Source: Ignavibacteriota bacterium (GTDB lineage Bacteria; Bacteroidota; Ignavibacteria; UBA10030; UBA6906). Taken from it: a stretch of DNA of 64,000 bases. Below, piece by piece: positions 1-8,994 of this stretch (position 1 is the first letter of the stretch; the number at the start of each line of letters is the position of its first letter). The notes under the pieces were generated by a model. It saw only the letters and a program-made list of their open reading frames with translations, searched no databases and was not told where the DNA came from. The stretch is taken from NCBI GenBank assembly GCA_963801355.1, contig CAWDEM010000008.1:2080001-2144000 (forward strand). Direction: 5' to 3'. The position numbers and the translations under genes are program-made.

Positions 1-454
1 GCACGCGGGCCAACTCCATGACGCAGGCCGCGCCTGAGCCGTCGTCATTGGCGCCGGGTACGTCAGGGCCGGACGTGTCGATGTGCCCGCCGATCACGAT
101 CATGCGCCCGGTTCTCCCGCGGGCGATGCCGACGGCTATGCCGCTCCTGGTGTTGATCCCTTCAGCGACGTTTATAGGAAGGATGAAAGTCGTGTCGCAA
201 CCGTACTCTCTGAACTTCGATGCAGCGAACGCGAGCGCCCGTTGTTCGGCGGGCGAGCCCATGGGCCGCGGGCCGATGTCGCGGACAAGTGTCTGCAACA
301 AGGCGTAGGCACCGGGGCTGGAGAAATCGTTGTTGGGCAAGGCCTGACCCCGGCACGGCAGAATTGCCGCACCGAGAAGCGTGAGGATCCCGGCCAGGAG
401 CAGCCGCCGCGGAATCCGCTGGTTGAGGCTGCGGGAGGCTATCAGCTTTTCCAA
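1..454 (-). CDS. M28-family metallopeptidase, N-terminal part (runs off the window start)
   Basis: Not in the ORF track. My translation of the minus strand from TTG at 454 gives MEKLIASRSLNQRIPRRLLLAGILTLLGAAILPCRGQ (signal-like)...IGPRPMGSPAE...IVIGGHIDTSGPDVPGANDDGSGAACVMELARV, containing the M28 zinc motifs HxD and GANDDGSG. Confidence 0.85.
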   Translation of the reverse strand, partial: MEKLIASRSLNQRIPRRLLLAGILTLLGAAILPCRGQALPNNDFSSPGAYALLQTLVRDIGPRPMGSPAEQRALAFAASKFREYGCDTTFILPINVAEGINTRSGIAVGIARGRTGRMIVIGGHIDTSGPDVPGANDDGSGAACVMELARV

Positions 455-984
455 GGAACCTCGGGTATGCCGGAGGTATGATTGGCAAACCGGGCAAGCA
501 CGAAGAGGAAATCGGAGAGGCGGTTCAGGTAGATGATGGCATCGTTGCCGATGTCATCGCTGCGTGCGAGGCGGACAACATGGCGTTCCGCCCTACGGCA
601 CACGGTGCGCGCGAAATGCAGACGGGCGGCGACGGGAGAGCCCCCGGGAAGGATGAAATTCTGGAGGGGCTGTAGAACCGACTCCAGGGCATCGATCTCG
701 CGCTCAAGTGCTTCTCCATCGGAAGATGTGATGCGCCGGAGATTCTTCGCATCGACCGACCGGGGCGTGGCCAGATCCGCACCCAGAACAAACAGCTGCT
801 GTTGAATGCCGGCCAGAAGCCGGTCAATATCTCCCTGCGCGTTATCGGCACGGACAATCCCCAGCACGGAGTTCAACTCGTCCACGGTACCATAGGCTTC
901 AATCCTGAAGGCATCCTTGGGCACTCGCTGACCGCCGAACAGCGAGGTATCGCCTCTGTCTCCGGTGCGTGTGTAGATTTTCAT
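442..984 (-). CDS. pduO: ATP:cob(I)alamin adenosyltransferase, PduO type
   Basis: MKIYTRTGDRGDTSL, YGTVDELNS, FILPGG, RTVCRRAER and YLNRLSDFLF are PduO/MMAB signature motifs. Confidence 0.93.
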   Translation of the reverse strand: MKIYTRTGDRGDTSLFGGQRVPKDAFRIEAYGTVDELNSVLGIVRADNAQGDIDRLLAGIQQQLFVLGADLATPRSVDAKNLRRITSSDGEALEREIDALESVLQPLQNFILPGGSPVAARLHFARTVCRRAERHVVRLARSDDIGNDAIIYLNRLSDFLFVLARFANHTSGIPEVPWKS

Positions 985-1014
985 GGCTCGAATGTAACCA
1001 AAACCTGTATAAGA

Positions 1015-1044
1015 ACCAACGGCCGCCCGTAGGCGGCCGTTGGT
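1015..1044 (-). terminator. Hairpin / probable intrinsic terminator after the Yip1 gene
   Basis: Perfect 13-bp stem ACCAACGGCCGCC / GGCGGCCGTTGGT with a 4-nt loop. Only a weak T-tail on the minus strand. Confidence 0.6.
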
Positions 1045-1069
1045 ATCTTCTCAAGCCCATCGGAAATAC

Positions 1070-1663
1070 TTACATGCCGCCCAGTCCGCCGAACGCGGTC
1101 AGCCCGAGCATGCCGAACATAATCACCGAAAGTATGGCGCCAAGGATCATGTAGACGACGATGAGTATGACCGCAGTCACCACCAGATAGATCACGATCT
1201 TGTCCTGCGGGGTCTTCATCGTGTGGGGAAGGCCGAGATACATCAGGTAGAGGCCGTACAGCGCAGCGAGGCTTGCGATGATACCCAGCGCCGGGACGAT
1301 ATTCAGAATGCCGGCGACCCAGGCGGGTGTGTAGGAATAGGCCACCAGTTGCATCGCCCTGCCGAAATTCTTCTGTGATCCGAAGTTCGGCGCGAGGAGG
1401 TCCACCACGAATGCGGTCACATACACTCCAACCACGGTGGAAACAAAGGAGATGACACCGAACGCGATTCCCCAGGTGAACGAGTGCATGAAGCCCTGTC
1501 CGACCAGACCGTAGCCGATGAGACTGGCCACAGCCGGAATGAGGGCCAGCGGGATGACGTAGCCGGTCATAATCGCCATGGCGTTCGGCTCTTCCGCTGC
1601 AATTACCGGCCATTCGGTTTTCGGCGTCATAATGATGTTCTTTGCGCGTTCAAAAAGATTCAT
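1070..1663 (-). CDS. Yip1-family membrane protein
   Basis: RAKNIIMTPKTEWPVIAAE start, several hydrophobic helices, LVAYSYTPAW and YGLYLMYLGL motifs; GGAGG RBS. Confidence 0.85.
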   Translation of the reverse strand: MNLFERAKNIIMTPKTEWPVIAAEEPNAMAIMTGYVIPLALIPAVASLIGYGLVGQGFMHSFTWGIAFGVISFVSTVVGVYVTAFVVDLLAPNFGSQKNFGRAMQLVAYSYTPAWVAGILNIVPALGIIASLAALYGLYLMYLGLPHTMKTPQDKIVIYLVVTAVILIVVYMILGAILSVIMFGMLGLTAFGGLGGM

Positions 1664-1744
1664 GGCACCTCCTGGTATGATGTTATAGTACAGAGGCTTG
1701 ATAAGATAGTAGGTTGGTCAGGCTGGCTAGCTCACGATCAAGCC

Positions 1745-1773
1745 AATATAGTACATCGGGAATGATTACGCAA
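1745..1773 (-). promoter_or_regulatory. Sigma70-type promoter for the Yip1 gene
   Basis: TTGCGT-N17-TATATT on the minus strand. Confidence 0.55.
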
Positions 1774-2011
1774 CAAGAAAGGAGGATATGTCGATGCAGG
1801 ATAGGTCGATGCAGCAGAATGCCCAAATGCCCACGCACATGCTCGAATCACGACATCCTTGTCGTCGAGGTGCGGGGGCAATGGGGAGTGTACCACCTGT
1901 CACTCCTATTGTCGGCTGAGCGACGGTAAACTTTAGCGAGCTTCCCGAAAATATTCGGCGAATATTCGTGAGAATTGGCTGATTGATTGCCGCGGGATTC
2001 TGACCGGGGCA

Positions 2012-2572
2012 TCACGCAGACAGGTGGGAAACAAGGATCCGGATGGCGATTGCGATCAGGACAGCGCCGCCGATGGCTTCCGCCGTCCTCCCGAACCGGA
2101 CATGAAGGCGGTTTCCCAGGACAACTGCGAAAACGCAGACAGAACCCGTGATGAACCCGATGGCAGCGCTCGGCCACCAGATGTCGACGCCGAGGAAGGC
2201 AAGGGTAAGGCCGACGGCAAGGGCGTCAATGCTCGTCGCCACAGAAAGCGCTATCAGCCTCACCCCCCGTGACGGGTCTCTCCGGTCATTCGACTGTTCA
2301 AACCTGAATGCCGATGATATCATGCGAACGCCAATAAACACGAGGAGACCGAAAGCAATCCAGTGGTCGAAGCTGGCGATCAGCGGTGCGACCCCTACAC
2401 CCGCAAGCCATCCGATGACCGGCATAAGAAACTGGAAGAGGCCGAAATGGAACGAAATGCGAAATGTCGCTCGTCCGCCGGCAATTCGCCCGGTAGAGGC
2501 CGCGGCAAGCGCGACCGCAAAGGCGTCAATCGACAATGCCAGCGCAAGGATGAGAACTTCAATGAGAGTCAC
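2012..2572 (-). CDS. mntP: Manganese efflux pump MntP
   Basis: Duplicated ALSIDAFAV / ATSIDALAVG motifs, FGLFQFLMP, DHWIAF; multi-pass membrane protein. Confidence 0.9.
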   Translation of the reverse strand: MTLIEVLILALALSIDAFAVALAAASTGRIAGGRATFRISFHFGLFQFLMPVIGWLAGVGVAPLIASFDHWIAFGLLVFIGVRMISSAFRFEQSNDRRDPSRGVRLIALSVATSIDALAVGLTLAFLGVDIWWPSAAIGFITGSVCVFAVVLGNRLHVRFGRTAEAIGGAVLIAIAIRILVSHLSA

Positions 2573-2586
2573 CGCCGCTTACCCCC

Positions 2587-3600
2587 TCATGCTTCAGTAT
2601 GCTCCCACGCCTCGAAAACGGCGGAGATATTTGCGGCACTGTTGTCTTTCCCCCACTCACACTGCGCGATCACTCCTCCCCTGCCGTTGTCCAGAGCCTT
2701 GCGCACACGGCGTACGGCGGCATGGACTTCCGCGGGTGTTCCGAAAGGGAGGATCCTCTGTCGATCGATCTCTCCCCAGAATGTAATCTTTCCCCGGTGC
2801 AGCTCCCCCAGCCTTTCGATATCCATGCAAAAGAGCTGCGAATTCAGAGCATCCACACCGATTTCAATGAGGTCGGGATAGATGGCCTCGATATTGCCGT
2901 CCGAGTGGAAGAACACGAATTTGCCTGCCCGCTTGATGATTTCGCAATACTCCCGGTACATGGGTTTGAACAATTCGCGCCACGTGACAGGATTGATGAG
3001 GAGTGAAGTGTTGGATCCCCAGTCATCCATCAGTGAAACCGCATCCACATTCGTCCGCGACCAGGCAAGCACATCCTCCCGGTAGTAGTCATGCACCATT
3101 GCGATGAGCGTACGGGCTTCCTCCGTGCCGTAGGCAAGATCCATATACAGATTTTCGGGGCCCCGGAGGAACTGCAGCCGCTCAAACGGCCGGGCGCACG
3201 TCGCTGAGACCATGAAGAGCGGGCTGGAGTCGCAATCCCTGTTGACGTTATCCCAGTTGCGGGAGCGAATGTGTTCCCATGGCGGCCTGAAGGTGCGGAG
3301 CGCCGACCAGTCCCTCAAGACCGGCTCCTTGACCTCCCCGATCACTCCGGGTTCGCCGACATGCCAGACGCTCCCCCATTCATCCCGGTAGGTACCGGCA
3401 TGCGCCAGCTTCTGGATGTCCGCATCGTCGGACCCCGGACTCAGTTCGGGGCGTCCGAAATCCCCGGGGAAGCGGGCGAGCATATCATCGAGTTCCTGCT
3501 TCCGGAACAGGGAGATGTACGGAAGCGCCCAGAGGTCCCTGGGCGGCCTGTCAGGTGTGGAGAAAGTCAATGCAGCGCGGACTCTTTCACGGGAGGTCAT
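2587..3600 (-). CDS. Uroporphyrinogen decarboxylase / MtaA-CmuA methyltransferase-fold protein
   Basis: MTSRERVRAAL start (preferred over 3681), DEWG, LRGPENLYMDL, DDWG, FFHSDG, DALNSQ, LPFGTPAEV. Substrate unknown. Confidence 0.8.
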   Translation of the reverse strand: MTSRERVRAALTFSTPDRPPRDLWALPYISLFRKQELDDMLARFPGDFGRPELSPGSDDADIQKLAHAGTYRDEWGSVWHVGEPGVIGEVKEPVLRDWSALRTFRPPWEHIRSRNWDNVNRDCDSSPLFMVSATCARPFERLQFLRGPENLYMDLAYGTEEARTLIAMVHDYYREDVLAWSRTNVDAVSLMDDWGSNTSLLINPVTWRELFKPMYREYCEIIKRAGKFVFFHSDGNIEAIYPDLIEIGVDALNSQLFCMDIERLGELHRGKITFWGEIDRQRILPFGTPAEVHAAVRRVRKALDNGRGGVIAQCEWGKDNSAANISAVFEAWEHTEA

Positions 3601-3674
3601 CGATACCGGTCCAGGATAAAGCGACAGAATGTGAGTGGTCAATATATAAGTAATACAGGGAATACGCAAAACGC

Positions 3675-3721
3675 TTGACAAGAAATGAAGGAATCCGTAT
3701 ATTCAGACTGCTTTATCTGAA
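3675..3721 (+). promoter_or_regulatory. Sigma70 promoter of the NO reductase gene with an overlapping palindromic operator
   Basis: TTGACA (3675-3680)-N17-TATATT (3698-3703), overlapping the inverted repeat TTCAGA-N8-TCTGAA (3702-3721). Confidence 0.65.
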
Positions 3722-3743
3722 ATACCCAACCAAGGAGAACACT

Positions 3744-5966
3744 ATGAGAAAATACTGGATCGCGTTTGTCGCGGTCATTGTGATTGGCTTCCTGGTGCTC
3801 GGCTGGGCGGGATGGCGCATTTATCAGGAGAAACCGCCGATCCCCACCGCAGTGGTCGCCACGAACGGAACAGTCGTGATCACCGGAGAGGATATCCAGC
3901 GCGGGCAGAATGTCTGGCAGGCGATGGGAGGGATGGAACTCGGATCCATCTGGGGACATGGAGCGTACGTTGCGCCCGACTGGACCGCCGACTGGCTTCA
4001 CCGCGAGTGCATGATCGTACTTGATGCCTGGGCAAGCAACGTCGCCGGCAGGCCGTATGACGGCCTCTCGATCGAACAGAAGGCTGCTCTCAAGGCGCAT
4101 CTCAGTGAAGTCATGCGCAGGAATTCTTATGACCCCGCTACCGGGAAGATCACCATCGACCCGGAGCGCGTGATGGCGTACAGGATCAACGCGCAATACT
4201 ACTCCCAGTTATTCAAGAACGGCAACGCGGCATACGCCATCCCCCGGGGTGCGGTCACGGACAGCATCAAGCTGCAGCAGTTGAGCGCGTTCTTCTTCTG
4301 GACATCGTGGGCGGCAAGCACAAACCGCCCGGGAGAAGAGATCACCTACACAAGCAACTGGCCCCATGAAGACCTCGTCGAAAATCACCCGACCGCAGAT
4401 GCCGTCGTGTGGACCGGGGTCAGCATCATTCTTCTCCTCGCCGGCATCGCCGGCATGGTCTGGTACTACGCATCACACAAGGAAGACGCCGTTCCGGCGA
4501 CACTGCCGGCAACCGACCCCCTGTTCGGCAGCACGTTCACCCGGTCACAACGTGCCACCCTCAAGTACTTCTTCGTAGTCTCCGCGCTCATTCTCGTGCA
4601 GATACTCGTGGGCGTGGTCACCGCACACTACGGTGTGGAAGGCGACGGCTTCTATGGCATTCCCCTCGCGGCGTGGCTGCCGTACGTCCTCAGCCGCACC
4701 TGGCACGTGCAGCTCGGCATTTTCTGGATCGCCACAGCCTGGCTGGCAGCCGGACTGTTTATCGCCCCGGCGGTGAGCCGTGTAGAGATGAAAGGACAAC
4801 GCCTCGGCGTGAACGTGCTCTTCGGCGCCCTGCTCCTGGTTGTCATCGGCTCCATGACAGGCGAATGGCTCAGCGTCCACAACAAACTCACCGGTGACGC
4901 ATGGTTCTACTTTGGCCACCAGGGTTACGAGTACATCGATCTCGGACGGGTATGGCAGATCGGCCTGGTCGTGGGTCTCGTGCTCTGGGTCTATCTCGTC
5001 GGCCGCAACATTCTTATCGCCATCCGGCGGGGGGATGAGCACAAGCCTCTTCTCATCCTCTTCCTCGTTTCGACGGTGGCAATCGGCGGATTCTACATGG
5101 CAGGATTGATGTGGGGCCAGCACACAAATCTGGCCATCGCGGAGTACTGGCGTTGGTGGGTCGTGCACCTCTGGGTGGAGGGGTTCTTCGAAGTCTTTGC
5201 GACGACAATCATCATCTTCATGTTCGCACGGCTGCAGCTCATTAAAGTCTGGTCTGCAAATACGGCGGTGATTCTGTCATCGACCGTCTACCTCGCCGGC
5301 GGCATCATCGGTACGCTGCATCACCTGTATTTTAGCGGGACGCCGACATCGGTGATCGCTCTCGGGGCGGTCTTCAGTGCGCTCGAGGTCGTGCCTCTGG
5401 TGCTCGCGGGATATGAGGCTTGGCAGAATCTGCAACTCTCGCGGTCGACCCCCTGGATCGTGAATTACCGGTGGCCGATCTTCTTCTTCGTGGCTGTTGC
5501 GTTCTGGAATGCGATTGGCGCAGGGTTATTCGGCTTCATGATCAATCCCCCCATCGCGCTCTACTACATGCAGGGATTGAACACCACACCGGTGCACGGT
5601 CATGCAGCCCTTTTCGGCGTGTACGGCATGCTGGGGATCGGGCTGATGCTGTTTTGTCTGCGGTTCGTCTGGGTCCAGATCGCGTGGAAGGAACGATTGC
5701 TGGGTTGGGCCTTCTGGGGGATGAACGTCGGATTGATGCTGATGGTCGCCGGCAGTCTTCTGCCCGTGGGGATGATGCAGACGTGGGCGTCGGTGAAATA
5801 CGGCTACTGGTATGCCCGCAGTGCGGACTTCCTGTCGTCGCCCACGGTGCAGGCCATCAAATGGTCGCGCGTGTTCGGCGACACGGTGTTTGCCCTGGGG
5901 GCCGTCGCCCTGGTCGTCTTTGTGTTCGGCCTGGCGATCGGATACTCACGTAAAAAGGAGGGCTGA
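3744..5966 (+). CDS. norB: Quinol-dependent nitric oxide reductase (qNor, single subunit)
   Basis: GSIWGHGAYVAPDWTADWLH, RTWHVQ, WVVHLWVEGFFEVF, GTLHHLY, TPVHGHAALFGVYG; AAGGAG RBS before ATG 3744. Confidence 0.95.
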   Translation: MRKYWIAFVAVIVIGFLVLGWAGWRIYQEKPPIPTAVVATNGTVVITGEDIQRGQNVWQAMGGMELGSIWGHGAYVAPDWTADWLHRECMIVLDAWASNVAGRPYDGLSIEQKAALKAHLSEVMRRNSYDPATGKITIDPERVMAYRINAQYYSQLFKNGNAAYAIPRGAVTDSIKLQQLSAFFFWTSWAASTNRPGEEITYTSNWPHEDLVENHPTADAVVWTGVSIILLLAGIAGMVWYYASHKEDAVPATLPATDPLFGSTFTRSQRATLKYFFVVSALILVQILVGVVTAHYGVEGDGFYGIPLAAWLPYVLSRTWHVQLGIFWIATAWLAAGLFIAPAVSRVEMKGQRLGVNVLFGALLLVVIGSMTGEWLSVHNKLTGDAWFYFGHQGYEYIDLGRVWQIGLVVGLVLWVYLVGRNILIAIRRGDEHKPLLILFLVSTVAIGGFYMAGLMWGQHTNLAIAEYWRWWVVHLWVEGFFEVFATTIIIFMFARLQLIKVWSANTAVILSSTVYLAGGIIGTLHHLYFSGTPTSVIALGAVFSALEVVPLVLAGYEAWQNLQLSRSTPWIVNYRWPIFFFVAVAFWNAIGAGLFGFMINPPIALYYMQGLNTTPVHGHAALFGVYGMLGIGLMLFCLRFVWVQIAWKERLLGWAFWGMNVGLMLMVAGSLLPVGMMQTWASVKYGYWYARSADFLSSPTVQAIKWSRVFGDTVFALGAVALVVFVFGLAIGYSRKKEG

Positions 5967-5994
5967 GCTAACGGCTCGTACCCCTTCCAGAGAG

Positions 5995-6038
5995 ACAACG
6001 CCCCACTGTGCTATCCACGGTGGGGCGCTGTTCTTTTT
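5995..6038 (+). terminator. Intrinsic terminator between the convergent norB and csp genes
   Basis: Stem CGCCCCACTGTG / CACGGTGGGGCG followed by CTGTTCTTTTT. Confidence 0.75.
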
Positions 6039-6050
6039 CCCACAATCCTG

Positions 6051-6251
6051 CTACACCTTGGTAACGTTCTGCGCCTGCAGCCCCTTGGGACCCTGGGTCA
6101 CTTCGAACTCGACCTTGTCCCCTTCGTTCAGAGTTTTATATCCCTCGCCGACGATCGCACGGAAATGCACGAATACGTCTTCGCCCGTCTCCCGCGAAAT
6201 AAACCCGTAGCCTTTTGCTCCGTTGAACCACTTTACAGTTCCCTTTTCCAT
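6051..6251 (-). CDS. Cold-shock protein (CspA family), copy 1
   Basis: 66 aa; [14 protein letters not shown] (RNP1), DVFVHF (RNP2). Confidence 0.96.
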   Translation of the reverse strand: MEKGTVKWFNGAKGYGFISRETGEDVFVHFRAIVGEGYKTLNEGDKVEFEVTQGPKGLQAQNVTKV

Positions 6252-6495
6252 AATGGGAAGCTCCTGATGTTTGCTGCCATCCGCAACCGGCGGACACGGC
6301 GATCACTCCCGCAAGGTGCCTTTTAACGAAAATCGCAACCACGGTCACCATCACCATAGCTGCGATCCATTTTGTTCTGCTGCGGCTGTGTCCAGCTTCA
6401 GCAAACATAGTTCCCGGTCAGGGAACCCCAAAAGGCCAACAACGGTGCACTGATCGTTGACACCAAACCATAAGAAATCCAAAAAAGAGAAGCAA
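6252..6495 (-). promoter_or_regulatory. Promoter and long conserved 5' leader of csp copy 1
   Basis: TTGCTT (6495-6490)-N17-TATGGT (6472-6467). The leader shares three blocks with the leader of csp copy 2. Confidence 0.65.
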
Positions 6496-6660
6496 GAGAA
6501 ATTATATTTCAGCGAAGATTTTGTCCACCCCGGATCCCCCCCGCCGGCATCGTTCCGGTTAGTTGTTTTTTTTGATTTGTCGCGGCATGTAGCGATGAGC
6601 CTTTTGCCTTAGCTCCTTTGCCCCCTTTTTTGTATTCTGCAATGCCAGCCTGAGGAACCC

Positions 6661-8898
6661 ATGCGCATACGCCACGCTCTCCCCATCACCCTGATCGCAA
6701 TTGCCGCAGCAGCAGCGCTCAGCCAGACGCCCCCGCCACTTTCAACGGTTCTGCGCATGCACCATGGACGCCCGACGATATTCCTCAACCAGGAACCGGT
6801 CGTACCGATGATCTATGCCCTGACGGACGTGCCGGGCGGACGCTGGAGCTGGGAAGAACTTCCGCAGCACAACATCCGAGAGTTTGCCCGGCACGGCACC
6901 CGCCTTTATCAGGTTCATGTTTTCTTTGAACAGATGTGGATGGAGGACGGCTCCCTGGATATCTCCCCCGCACGCAGACAGATCCGGGGAGTTCTGGAGG
7001 CCTGTCCGGATGCAGCAGTCCTGATGCGCTTGCAGGTGACCGCACCGCGGTGGTGGATGCGCGCACGTCCGGAGGAATGGGTGCGTTACGCCGACACAGG
7101 CTACGATGAGGAAAGCGACATCGGGTTTCCACGCATCATAGAAGAGGATAATTTCCCCGTCCGGCGGGTCAGCATGGCTTCACTGCCATGGCGCACGGAG
7201 GCCGGCAGCACGCTCCGGCAATTCCTCCGCATGCTCGCCGCCACACCGGAGGGAAATGCCCTGGCCGGCATCCAGGTTGCCAACGGCATCTACGGTGAAT
7301 GGCACAACTGGGGATTCTTCAGAAATGAACCCGATACAAGTGTGCCGATGGCTGCAGCATTCCGGGCGTGGCTCAGGGATTCGTACGGCACGGAAACGGC
7401 ACTCCGTACGGCGTGGCATTCCCCCACAGCGACGTTCTCCTCGGTGTCCGTCCCGACGATGCGCGAACGAGAAACCACAGCGGGCATATTCCGCGATCCG
7501 GTGCGAGAGCAAAAGACGATCGACTACTATACCTGCGTGCATCAGCTCATTGTTGACAACATCCTGTACTTCGCACGCATCGTGAAGGAATCGTGGCCGC
7601 GACCGATACTCACCGGAACATTCTACGGGTATTTCTTCTCAATGTTCGGACGCCAGGCTGCGGGCGGTCATCTGGAGTTGCAGAGACTCCTCCGTTCACC
7701 CTCTATAGACTATCTGTCCGGCCCACAAGCGTACGAGCCGGAGGCGTTGAAACTTGGTGACCCGTTCCGATCCCGGTCGCTGGTGACGACAGTGAGACTC
7801 CACGGGAAACTCTGGCTCGACGAGAACGACACCGAGCCCACCATCCCGACCGCACGCGATCCTCGGCACGATCTCCTCCTCCGTAACGCGGTCGCGAATG
7901 TCCGGCGCAATACGGTGTCGCCGTACACCAGCGGCATGGGTCTCTGGTACTACGATTTTGGCGCTGCGGGCGTGGACCTCGACGGGTTCCGCTACAACAA
8001 TCGCGGGCCTTGGGGCAACTGGGACCATCCGGTCATCCAGGAGAACATCCGTCTGATGCGCGAGGAGTTCGAAAAACGATCGTCCGCCGACTACACGAGC
8101 CCGGCCGATGTTCTCCTGGTGTTCGACACACGGAGCTACTATCACACGGCGAGCCTGCGCGGAACCGACCCGGTCAGCGGTGCACTTGTCGATTATGTGT
8201 ACCTCGCGGCCAGGCGAAGCAGTGTGGCATGTGACGTCCTGCATATCAATGACCTTCCCGCGGTCGACATTTCCCGGTACCGCACTGTGGTGTTCGGCAA
8301 TGTGTTCGTGCTCTCTCAGGAACAGCGCGACTTCATCAAGACGCATGTGGCCCGTGATCGGCGGACGCTTGTGTGGTTCTACGCCCCGGGAATCTCGGAC
8401 GGATCTTCCCTCGATCCGGCACGCATCAGCGAGCTGACGGGAATCCGGGTCATCCCCGTGGCGATCTCCGGGCCGCCGGCAATCACCTGCACTCTGCCGG
8501 GTGATACCGCCTGCACGTACGTATTGGGGGACAAACAGCTCTCACCGCTTTTCTGTGTGCAAGATCCGGACGCGATACCCTACGGCCGATTTCGCGACAC
8601 GCCCAACGTAGCCCTCGCGCGCAAGGAATTCGGAGACCACTCGTCATGGTATATCGCCTTGCCGGGCAGAACCGTCGAACCGCTGCGCTCCATCCTCCGC
8701 TCCAGCGGCGCACACTGCTACGCCGCACAGGGGGAAATCGTGTACGCCGGCGGAGGCATCCTGGGAATCCACACAACTGTTGCAGGCGCACACACCGTTG
8801 TACTGCGGAATGGTTCGAAGGTATCGTTCAACCTGCCCGAAGGAGCATCAACCCTCATTCTGGACGCGGAAACGGGAGCCTTGCTGCTCCCGCAGTAG
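6661..8898 (+). CDS. Exported glycoside hydrolase, GH42/beta-galactosidase-like TIM barrel, substrate unknown
   Basis: Signal peptide; GIQVANGIYGEW (putative acid/base), AFRAWLRDSYGTETALRTAW, LWLDEND (putative nucleophile); C-terminal trimerisation-like domain. Confidence 0.6.
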   Translation: MRIRHALPITLIAIAAAAALSQTPPPLSTVLRMHHGRPTIFLNQEPVVPMIYALTDVPGGRWSWEELPQHNIREFARHGTRLYQVHVFFEQMWMEDGSLDISPARRQIRGVLEACPDAAVLMRLQVTAPRWWMRARPEEWVRYADTGYDEESDIGFPRIIEEDNFPVRRVSMASLPWRTEAGSTLRQFLRMLAATPEGNALAGIQVANGIYGEWHNWGFFRNEPDTSVPMAAAFRAWLRDSYGTETALRTAWHSPTATFSSVSVPTMRERETTAGIFRDPVREQKTIDYYTCVHQLIVDNILYFARIVKESWPRPILTGTFYGYFFSMFGRQAAGGHLELQRLLRSPSIDYLSGPQAYEPEALKLGDPFRSRSLVTTVRLHGKLWLDENDTEPTIPTARDPRHDLLLRNAVANVRRNTVSPYTSGMGLWYYDFGAAGVDLDGFRYNNRGPWGNWDHPVIQENIRLMREEFEKRSSADYTSPADVLLVFDTRSYYHTASLRGTDPVSGALVDYVYLAARRSSVACDVLHINDLPAVDISRYRTVVFGNVFVLSQEQRDFIKTHVARDRRTLVWFYAPGISDGSSLDPARISELTGIRVIPVAISGPPAITCTLPGDTACTYVLGDKQLSPLFCVQDPDAIPYGRFRDTPNVALARKEFGDHSSWYIALPGRTVEPLRSILRSSGAHCYAAQGEIVYAGGGILGIHTTVAGAHTVVLRNGSKVSFNLPEGASTLILDAETGALLLPQ

Positions 8899-8994
8899 GC
8901 GCCACAACTTTCAACCCACCGTCACGTTAATACTGGTAGACACCCTCCCCGAGAGGGGCGTTCCGGTAATGGAATCGGAATTCCTGGAGGCACA

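Noticed and set aside
985-1069. Cobalamin riboswitch upstream of the adenosyltransferase
   Set aside because: The gap is only 85 nt, mostly one terminator-like hairpin, with no B12-box.
1788-1919. Small plus-strand ORF after AAAGGAGG, with a 15-nt duplicated motif (GGATATGTCGATGCAG / GGATAGGTCGATGCAG)
   Set aside because: The peptide has no recognisable features, and the purine run is the complement of the pyrimidine tract upstream of the Yip1 promoter. It cannot be supported without conservation data.
1945-1968. Tandem palindromes CGAAAATATTCG / CGAATATTCG as an operator
   Set aside because: Short, not positioned at an identified promoter, and no second copy was seen in the window.
3744-5966. 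Nitric oxide dismutase or other divergent heme-copper oxidase
   Set aside because: The canonical qNor residues are retained (HLWVEGFFE, GTLHH, HGH, RTWHVQ).
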